This document shows positions 42,507 through 48,697 of a stretch of 48,697 nt of DNA, piece by piece. The position numbers and the translations under genes were made by a program. Source of the DNA: Christensenellales bacterium (GTDB taxonomy: Bacteria; Bacillota; Clostridia; Christensenellales; Aristaeellaceae); assembly GCA_045113475.1 (NCBI GenBank), contig JBGUIY010000068.1, forward strand, positions 1 to 48,697, in the 5' to 3' direction. Below the pieces are notes generated by a model, which did not search any database, was not told the DNA's origin, and saw only the letters and a program-made list of their open reading frames with translations. Position 1 is the stretch's first letter, and the number at the start of each line of letters is the position of its first letter.

Positions 42507-43253
42507 ATGAGTAGTGAAAGCAAAAACAAGGAAGAACAGCGCCGGGAGCTGAACGGCATCACCTATTTTGACCGCGGACGGCTGACGGGCCGCGACGGGA
42601 AGCAGTACGACCGGTACGCCATCCAGACCCACTTCATCGAGGTGGGGGAGGATCAGGCGGAACTGGTGAAGAAGTACGTACTGCCCCTGTACCAGCCCGG
42701 GGACGTGATGGCCTTCGGCGCGAAGGTCATGGCCATGTGCACGAAGAACGTGCGCACCAAGGAGCAGGTGCATCCCGGCTTCTGGGCCAAGGCCCTGTCC
42801 CGCCATGCCAGCGAGACCAAAGCGGGCATCGGCATGCACGACGCGTACAAGCTGCAGCTGGCCATCGACATGGTCGGCGCGCCCAAGGTCGTGTTCGCGT
42901 CCGTCGCGTCTGCGGTGACCAAACTCTTCGGCGTGCACGGCGTGTTCTACAAGATCGTCGGCCCCGGCGTGGCGGGCATCGACGGCTTCTATTACCGTTC
43001 GTCCTTCGACCGTTACAAGGACCTGGCGCTGATAAACAACACCAATGCCCAGGAGCTCTGCGACGCGCTGGAAAAGGCGACGGGCGTGCCCGTGGTGCTG
43101 ATGGACGCCAACGATATCGACCAGAACCAGCTGGGCAAGTGCCATGACTTCCCGCTCACGGACGAACAGATCCAGGACGCGCTGAAGGACAATCCCTCCG
43201 GCCAGGGCGGCGAACTGACGCCCTTCATTCTGATCCGCCCGGTCAGGGAGTGA
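42507..43253 (+). CDS. CofE-like (F420-0:gamma-glutamyl ligase fold) family protein, function uncertain
   Basis: 248 aa. The ATG lies 2 nt after the TIR-gene stop, with GGAGGAG inside that gene's 3' end. PGDVMAFGAKVMAM, VAGIDG, VVLMDANDI and NPSGQGGELTPF resemble the CofE fold family. Confidence 0.5.
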   Translation: MSSESKNKEEQRRELNGITYFDRGRLTGRDGKQYDRYAIQTHFIEVGEDQAELVKKYVLPLYQPGDVMAFGAKVMAMCTKNVRTKEQVHPGFWAKALSRHASETKAGIGMHDAYKLQLAIDMVGAPKVVFASVASAVTKLFGVHGVFYKIVGPGVAGIDGFYYRSSFDRYKDLALINNTNAQELCDALEKATGVPVVLMDANDIDQNQLGKCHDFPLTDEQIQDALKDNPSGQGGELTPFILIRPVRE

Positions 43254-43296
43254 CCGTTTCGCCGGCCGGCTCACAGGCCGGTATTTGGAGCATGCA

Positions 43297-44088
43297 ATGA
43301 TCAACGGAAAATACCTGTACGAGACGCACATGCATACGGCGGAAGCCAGCAAGTGCTCCAATACCCCCGGCAGGGATTATATCTCCCGCTACCGGGATCT
43401 CGGCTACGACGGCATCTTCATCACCGACCACTTCTACCACGGTAACTGCTGCGTCGACCGCTCCCTGCCCTGGCCGGAGTTCGTATGCCGGTTCTGCCTG
43501 GGCTACTATCACGCCCGCGAGGAGGGGGAGAAGCAGGGCTTCCCCGTTTTCTTCGGCTGGGAGGAGAACTTCGCCGGGGACGAGTACCTGATCTACGGGC
43601 TGGACGACCGGTTCATGCTGGCGCATCCGGAGATGATCGGCTGGACCCGGGAGGAGCAGTACCGCGCCGTGCGGGCCGCCGGCGGCTGCGTGGTGCAGGC
43701 GCATCCCTTCCGCGCCCGGTACTATATCAGCGATATCTGGCTTTCGCCGTATTTCGCTGACGCAGCGGAGGGCGTGAACATGACCAACGAGGACCGCTGG
43801 AACACCCTGGCGCTGCGCTACGCGGCGTCCCTGGATCTGCCCGTCACGGCGGGCTCGGACAACCATCACGCCGACCGGATGTGCCCGGAGAACCTGACGG
43901 GCGTTCTGCTGGACGAGCCGCTTTCCTGCGCCGCGGATTATGTCCGCGTCATCCTGAAGCGCCGGCCCATCGGCCTGTACCTGCCGCGCGAGATGCCCCC
44001 CTATACTCCCGACGTCGTTCCCGACAAGCCGGTGTACTGGCTGGAGCGCGATGGCCGCGTGATCCCGGGAAAAACGGCGGCGGACTGA
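43297..44088 (+). CDS. PHP-domain metal-dependent phosphoesterase
   Basis: ATG 43297 lies 6 nt after GGAG. YETHMHTAEAS, ITDH, QAHPFR and GSDNHH are metal-ligand motifs typical of PHP/histidinol-phosphatase-like enzymes. Confidence 0.65.
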   Translation: MINGKYLYETHMHTAEASKCSNTPGRDYISRYRDLGYDGIFITDHFYHGNCCVDRSLPWPEFVCRFCLGYYHAREEGEKQGFPVFFGWEENFAGDEYLIYGLDDRFMLAHPEMIGWTREEQYRAVRAAGGCVVQAHPFRARYYISDIWLSPYFADAAEGVNMTNEDRWNTLALRYAASLDLPVTAGSDNHHADRMCPENLTGVLLDEPLSCAADYVRVILKRRPIGLYLPREMPPYTPDVVPDKPVYWLERDGRVIPGKTAAD

Positions 44089-44109
44089 AGCACGGAAATT
44101 GTGAGAACG

Positions 44110-45015
44110 ATGAGCGTATATCAGAAGAATCTGCGCAGGCTGGGCCTGTTCCTGATCGCCGTGTCGTTCCTGGATGCGTTCCTCGAACTGGCCTTCTACA
44201 GATACCTGCTGGCCTCGCCGGTCATGTTTTCCCGGCAGATACAGACGCCGGCCGGCATCTGCGTCAAGGACGGCATTGGCCTGCTGACTGGCGGCCTGGC
44301 CTGCCTGCTGTACTATCGCAGGGAGCATTCCCGATGGGCCATCAAGGTCATGATCGTGCTGCTGATCCTGGCAGTTCCGGCCGTCCTGGCCACGACCCGG
44401 GGCAATGCGACCAACCGCGTCGACGGGCTGATCAACGTGACGCTGATCCTCACGGTGCTGGTGGTCTACACCGCGCTGCAGCTGGACAGGAGCGGGCACA
44501 ACTGGCAGAAGATCCGGGATTCCAAACCGGCCATGCTGGATCTGAAACTCAGGGACGTCCGCCAGTGGTTCAACCCCATCGAGATCGGGCCCAAGCTGGA
44601 ACTGAGCGGGGAGATTTCCTCCGTGGTGGACCGTTTCCTGGCAACGTCGAAGCAGGCGCGGCCGCTGGGGATCACCATCCGGTGTCCGAACGAGGTTTCG
44701 GAACCGATGCGGGCCACCATGCAGGAAGTCTTTCAGATGTACTATGAGGACGAGGAGCGCCGGATCAATACCTACCTGGAAAGGCGCTATATCCGGGCCA
44801 TGGCCCTGGCAATCATCAGCATCGTCACGGTATCGGTGTGGATCAACTTTTCCCCGTCCAACGACGAAGGCGTGACCTGGACGATCCTGAGCAATTTCGC
44901 GGCCTTCAGCCTCTGGCAGATCGGCAACACCTATTTCGAGCGCTCCGAGGGCTACGACGAGCTGCTCCGGGCCCAGATCGCGAGCCAGGCAAAACTGCAT
45001 TTCTGGGCCGAATAA
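44110..45015 (+). CDS. hypothetical membrane protein
   Basis: ATG 44110 (alternative GTG 44101). Four N-terminal and two C-terminal hydrophobic helices around a soluble loop. No family recognised. Confidence 0.55.
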   Translation: MSVYQKNLRRLGLFLIAVSFLDAFLELAFYRYLLASPVMFSRQIQTPAGICVKDGIGLLTGGLACLLYYRREHSRWAIKVMIVLLILAVPAVLATTRGNATNRVDGLINVTLILTVLVVYTALQLDRSGHNWQKIRDSKPAMLDLKLRDVRQWFNPIEIGPKLELSGEISSVVDRFLATSKQARPLGITIRCPNEVSEPMRATMQEVFQMYYEDEERRINTYLERRYIRAMALAIISIVTVSVWINFSPSNDEGVTWTILSNFAAFSLWQIGNTYFERSEGYDELLRAQIASQAKLHFWAE

Positions 45016-45099
45016 TTGATAATGATATAAATGCTCCGGCACCGCCTTTCCGCGCATCCGCGCGTCTGGCAGGTGCAATCAGCCGGCAGAAATAAAGAA

Positions 45100-45310
45100 T
45101 GGGGCTGTTGCACAGTACTGTGTAACAGCCCTCATCCGACCTCACTTCGTTCGGCCACCTTCCCCCGAGATCGGGGGAAGGCTTCTGGCAGACGGTATCA
45201 ATAAATCATCGCATTACTCTGCGAGTTCAGATAATTTGGCATATAGCCAAGCGAGAGCCTTCCCCCGATTTCGGGGGAAGGTGTCGCGTCGAAGGCGCGA
45301 CGGATGAGGG
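45100..45310. repeat. nested palindromic element
   Basis: Near-perfect 30-nt palindrome GGGCTGTTGCACAGT/ACTGTGTAACAGCCC (45101-45130). 11-bp outer inverted repeat GCCCTCATCCG (45127-45137) pairs with CGGATGAGGGC (45300-45310). Inside it are two 24-nt hairpins, CCTTCCCCCGA-NN-TCGGGGGAAGG (45157-45180 and 45257-45280), exactly 100 nt apart. Confidence 0.65.
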
Positions 45311-45440
45311 CGTTCATGTACTTATGCAACAGCCCCGTTTTTCGTATCCGCTCGCACCGATGCGGGAAGGATATGGAGGATCAGGAGCGCTTTGTTGTTC
45401 GCGCATCCGGGGACTGCGCCAAAGCGTTCCCGCTTCCGAA

Positions 45441-45490
45441 CTCCTCACTCCTCATTCCTGACTCCTGACTCCACTCTCCACACTCCACTC
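45441..45490 (-). repeat. heptamer-array composite repeat, copy 3 (inverted orientation)
   Basis: The minus strand reads GAGTGGA GTGTGGA GAGTGGA GTCAGGA GTCAGGA ATGAGGA GTGAGGA: seven in-phase heptamers. They start 2 nt after the stop codon of the minus-strand gene 45493-46284. Confidence 0.75.
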
Positions 45491-45492
45491 TT

Positions 45493-46284
45493 TTATTCCA
45501 CTTTGACGCCTTCCTCGGCGTTGATCACGTACTTGGCGTCGAAGGTATACAGCTCCACACTGGCGATGTCCTTGCCCTTCAGCAGAGAGTACACTTCAGA
45601 ATCGAGATTGAAGCCGAAGAAGGTCTTGAGCCAGATGTTTTCGATGTGCCTCATGCCGACCCGGGTGCCGTCGCTGGCCACCAGCACGGCGGCGTTGACG
45701 TTCAGCTCGGTCAGCACTTCCTCCGCGCCTTCCACGCTCAGACATATCTGGGCGTAAGGATCGGAAATGAGGCTCACTTTCCCGTCCAGGGTGATGACCA
45801 GCCCCTGCATGGGGCCGAAGGTGCTGTCCCAGCCCATGACTTTGTAAACGGCGGGGACTTCGCTCAGCCGGTAATAGGAGAAAGGATAGGACTGGAAAAG
45901 CGCGTCCATCCCCTTGTATTTGGTGCTTACTTTTTTGCCTTTGTTCTTATAGGAGATGGTGACCACGGACTTGTCGGTGATCTCCTCGCCGCCGTACATC
46001 GCCAGGGTTTCTTCGCTTTCGGCGTATACGGGGAAGATGACGCCGGTGATTTCCCGCCCGTCCGGCATGAAGTGGAAGGACCCGCCCGCGTATTCCATCA
46101 TCAGGGGCTTGACCTTGGTTGCGGAGGACACGGAGTCGTAGTGGCCGGCGGTGGTCTCGGCTTCATAGAACATGTCGTAGGGGATGGTCATCAGCGCGTA
46201 AACGCCTCCGTCGGATTCGGCGGCAGCGCACAGGCAGCCGGTCAGGACGGCCATCGCCAGCAGCATCGCGAACAGTTTTTTCAT
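45493..46284 (-). CDS. hypothetical lipoprotein
   Basis: 263 aa. Signal peptide with lipobox MKKLFAMLLAMAVLTGC. AAGGGG RBS. No family recognised. Confidence 0.65.
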   Translation of the reverse strand: MKKLFAMLLAMAVLTGCLCAAAESDGGVYALMTIPYDMFYEAETTAGHYDSVSSATKVKPLMMEYAGGSFHFMPDGREITGVIFPVYAESEETLAMYGGEEITDKSVVTISYKNKGKKVSTKYKGMDALFQSYPFSYYRLSEVPAVYKVMGWDSTFGPMQGLVITLDGKVSLISDPYAQICLSVEGAEEVLTELNVNAAVLVASDGTRVGMRHIENIWLKTFFGFNLDSEVYSLLKGKDIASVELYTFDAKYVINAEEGVKVE

Positions 46285-46419
46285 CGGTACGGACCCCTTT
46301 CCATTTATATTTGATTAGATTCATCATATATTATACCGTGGATCGCGCCGTTATTCAACATAATGGAAGAAAAAACTGTCCCGGTGCCGCCGGCGGGGCG
46401 GAAGGGGGACAGTGCTGCG

Positions 46420-47334
46420 TCACCGGTCCCGCTTCGGCAGCGGGATCTGCACCAGGACGATGGCCACGAACATGATGAGGCAGCCGGTCAGCTCCCGGGC
46501 GGTCATCTGCTCGCCCAGCAGCACCGTACCGGCGATCATGGCAAACACGGACTCCATGCTCATCAGCAGGGACGCGATGGTGGGATCGGTATATTTCTGC
46601 GCCACGATCTGGAGGGTGTACCCGATGCCGCCGGAGACGAGGCCGCAGTAGAGGATCGGCACCAGGGCGGAGGCGATCTTTTCCGGGGTCGGCGTTTCGA
46701 AAACGGCGGCGGCGACGGCGGATATCACCGTGGCCGTGGCGAACTGGATGGCGGAAATGCGGATGGGGTCTCCCCGGGGCGCAAAATGGTCACAGCACAG
46801 GATGTGGAAGGTGAAGAACAGCGCGCACAGGCAGATCAGGGTGTCCCCGTGGGAAAGCCGGAATTCCTCCGTGATGCACAGGAAATACATGCCCGCGACC
46901 CCGAACAGCACCGCGAGCCATACCAGCCAGGTGTTTCTTTTTCTGAATAGTAGACTGCCGGTGATGGGGACCAGCAGGATGTACATCGCCGTGATGAAGC
47001 CGGCTTTTCCCGCCGTGGTATAGACCAGGCCCATCTGCTGCAGGATGCTGGCGGCGGACAGGAAACAGCCGCAGCTGACGCCGCCAATGACGGTGTTCCG
47101 GGTGTACCGCCGCTGCTCCTCCGCGGTCTGCGCCGGAGAGGCGCTCTTTTTCTCTTTTTTCCACAACAGGAAGGAGACGGATCCGACGAACACTGCCGCC
47201 AGCGCCATCCGCGCCGCGTTGAAAGTGACGGGCTCGATGCTTTCCATGCCGACGCGCTGGAAAACGAAGGCCGTGCCCCAGATCATGGCGGTGAACAGCA
47301 GCAGGCTGTTCCCCAACAGTTTCTTGTTTTTCAT
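46420..47334 (-). CDS. EamA/DMT family transporter
   Basis: Start at ATG 47334, an ATGA overlap with the upstream kinase stop, with GGAG upstream. 10 hydrophobic helices. IWGTAFVFQR-type EamA repeat. Confidence 0.8.
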   Translation of the reverse strand: MKNKKLLGNSLLLFTAMIWGTAFVFQRVGMESIEPVTFNAARMALAAVFVGSVSFLLWKKEKKSASPAQTAEEQRRYTRNTVIGGVSCGCFLSAASILQQMGLVYTTAGKAGFITAMYILLVPITGSLLFRKRNTWLVWLAVLFGVAGMYFLCITEEFRLSHGDTLICLCALFFTFHILCCDHFAPRGDPIRISAIQFATATVISAVAAAVFETPTPEKIASALVPILYCGLVSGGIGYTLQIVAQKYTDPTIASLLMSMESVFAMIAGTVLLGEQMTARELTGCLIMFVAIVLVQIPLPKRDR

Positions 47335-48275
47335 AGCTCCTGCAGTTGTCCTTCCCTGCCGCTCATCCATGCAAGCACCTGGGCGCGGCCGGCCAGGGCG
47401 GTTCCCGCGCCTTCTGCCGTGGCGCAGATCGCGCCGCACGCGCTGGCGAAGCGGAGGGCCTTCGGCACCGGCTCGCCGCGCAGGAGCTCCGAGACAAAGC
47501 CGGCCAGGAAGTTGTCTCCCGCGCCGGTGGTGTCCACCGCGTGCACGGCATAGGCCGGCAGGCGGATGCGGCCCTCCCGGCCCTTCAGCAGGCAGCCTTT
47601 CGCCCCCAGCTTCACGATCACGTTCTTCACGCCGTACGCCAGGAACGCGTCCGCCATGTCCTCCGGATCATCCCTGCCGGTAAAGTACCTGGCTTCGTCC
47701 TCGTTGGGCGTGATATAGTCGATCAGGGGCAGGGACTCCTTCAGGTCGTTCAGGCCCAGGACACGGAAGTTGGGCAGCTTGGTGTCCGCGAAGACGGTCT
47801 GGCCCGCCTGTTTCGCGCTCGTCAGCATGGAACGGACGATGTCCGGATCGTCGAAGGGCGCGCGGAACAGGGAGCCCAGTGTCAGCGCCCGGGCGTCCGT
47901 AAACAGGGCCGGATCCTTTTCCGGGTGGAAGTTCCGGCGGTGCGCCTCGTTGACGATGGACTTGTGGGTCCCGTCGTCATTGACGAACAGGGTGCTCACG
48001 GGCGTCGCCCCGCTGCGGACGATCCTGTCCGTGGCCACGCCGGCACGCTCCAGCGCGGCGATCACCAGGTCCCCGGCGGCGTCCCGGCCCAGGCCGCAGA
48101 GGATACCCGTTTTCAGCTCCAGCCTGGCCGCCGCCATAGACTGGTTGGCGGCCTCTCCGCCCACGTTCAGGGAACCGGACGCGGCCAGGTATCCGGACGC
48201 GGAAATGGGATGCGGGTCGAACCCGCGGATGATCGAGTCCACAAGCGCGATCCCCGCGCAGATCAGGTCCAGCAA
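47331..48275 (-). CDS. PfkB family carbohydrate kinase
   Basis: TTG start 8 nt after AAGGTGGTG. N-terminal GGEAANQ region and C-terminal DTTGAGDNFLAGF ATP-site motif of ribokinase/PfkB kinases. Confidence 0.8.
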   Translation of the reverse strand: MLDLICAGIALVDSIIRGFDPHPISASGYLAASGSLNVGGEAANQSMAAARLELKTGILCGLGRDAAGDLVIAALERAGVATDRIVRSGATPVSTLFVNDDGTHKSIVNEAHRRNFHPEKDPALFTDARALTLGSLFRAPFDDPDIVRSMLTSAKQAGQTVFADTKLPNFRVLGLNDLKESLPLIDYITPNEDEARYFTGRDDPEDMADAFLAYGVKNVIVKLGAKGCLLKGREGRIRLPAYAVHAVDTTGAGDNFLAGFVSELLRGEPVPKALRFASACGAICATAEGAGTALAGRAQVLAWMSGREGQLQEL

Positions 48276-48433
48276 GTCTTCGCACCACCTTTTTCAGTGA
48301 GAGTTTAACCTATTAGATAGAAGGGCCCCAAGGTGTTTCCGCCTTGAGGCCCTGTGAATGGCTGATGTTGATTTGGCGACAGCGGCAGACTGGATTTTTC
48401 GACAAAAGAAGCGAAATTCCTGCCGCCACGGCA

Positions 48434-48493
48434 TTACAGGCCGTTGATCTCCCTGACCAGGGTTTCTACCCGGGCGGTGACGTTCTTGTCTTC
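48434..48493 (-). pseudogene. possible 3' remnant of a gene truncated by the IS200-like insertion
   Basis: High-GC minus-strand frame ...EDKNVTARVETLVREINGL-stop (stop at 48434-48436). It is closed upstream by an in-frame TAG (48494-48496), exactly where the composition drops at the IS end. Confidence 0.25.
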
Positions 48494-48496
48494 CTA

Positions 48497-48697
48497 AAAC
48501 CCCACGCTAGGCGTGGGGTACGATGAATATTAAAGCTATGCCTATGAAAAAAGAACTCCTTTTGCTAGAATAGACTTGCGGTCTGCCAACTGCAAGTCAA
48601 GCAAAAAGAGGACATCATTAGCGTGGCTAACGACTTACAAAGTTTAGCACACACAAGATGGAATTGCAAATACCATATCGTATTTGCGCCAAAGTAC
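48497..48697 (+). mobile_element. IS200/IS605-family insertion sequence, left end (continues beyond the window)
   Basis: Composition drop at ~48497. Subterminal perfect hairpin CCCCACGC-TAG-GCGTGGGG (48500-48518). Second stem (GACTTGC 48573-48579 pairs with GCAAGTC 48592-48598) just upstream of the RBS. Then the TnpA N-terminus. Confidence 0.7.
48623..48697 (+). CDS. tnpA: IS200/IS605 family Y1 transposase TnpA, N-terminal 25 codons (partial)
   Basis: A GTG start gives MANDLQSLAHTRWNCKYHIVFAPKY. This matches the highly conserved SLAHT(K/R)WNCKYHIVFAPKYR N-terminus of IS200 TnpA. AGAGGA lies upstream. The ORF runs off the window. Confidence 0.8.
   Translation, partial: MANDLQSLAHTRWNCKYHIVFAPKY

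Noticed and set aside
42507-45015. The CofE-like, PHP phosphoesterase and membrane-protein genes, considered as dedicated partners of the TIR protein in a multi-gene defence system.
   Set aside because: Their GC content (>60%) matches the host, not the island, so they were probably there first. Co-transcription is plausible and is reported as a junction finding. A functional link is not supported by sequence alone.
43243-45078. 611-aa minus-strand ORF covering the PHP and membrane-protein genes.
   Set aside because: The plus strand carries clear PHP metal-binding motifs (HMHT, GSDNHH) and hydrophobic helices. The minus-strand product is a low-complexity Arg/Gln/His/Pro-rich shadow ORF.

Overview
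48.7-kb chromosomal segment from a high-GC genome. Hand-sampled 60-nt lines give 62-72% G+C. It looks Firmicutes/Clostridia-like: GGAGG Shine-Dalgarno sites, a T-box leader, and an ecfA1-ecfA2-ecfT-truA block.

Most of the window is ordinary metabolism and transport:
- a ZIP metal permease
- two paralogous aldo-keto-reductase/4Fe-4S fusion genes
- malic enzyme
- an LRR surface protein with Pro/Thr linkers
- GNAT plus nucleotidyltransferase
- a secreted PIG-L deacetylase and a GH43 enzyme
- two HAD phosphatases
- an Fe3+/thiamine-type ABC importer
- nagB-nagA
- an HxlR regulator divergent from a Tat-exported C_GCAxxG_C_C/FMN-binding protein
- the ECF energizing module plus truA
- an SDR
- a five-gene Opp/Dpp-type peptide ABC operon
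- T-box-controlled proS
- a PfkB kinase plus EamA exporter
- the left end of an IS200/IS605 element cut by the window edge

The stand-out is a ~3.3-kb low-GC single-gene island (~39240-42537; 32% G+C in two sampled lines). It sits between the proS terminator and a native high-GC operon. It encodes a 1066-aa protein with, in order: a zinc ribbon, TPR-like helices, a TIR domain carrying the S-x-W-x3-E catalytic box, two tandem ~205-aa helical modules, one TM helix, and a DUF6273-like C-terminal domain predicted to be extracellular. That is an ectodomain-TM-TIR layout like a Toll-like receptor. I rate it a candidate one-protein envelope sensor/NADase defence or signalling system that I cannot match to a described system.

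Secondary signals:
- a dispersed 3'-UTR element family built on 7-nt-periodic GGA/GGAG arrays (three copies)
- a palindrome-dense 477-nt spacer
- a 158-bp IR-flanked MITE-like element
- two convergent gene pairs whose stop codons share a TGATCA palindrome

All domain calls come from motif recognition by eye. No database search was run.
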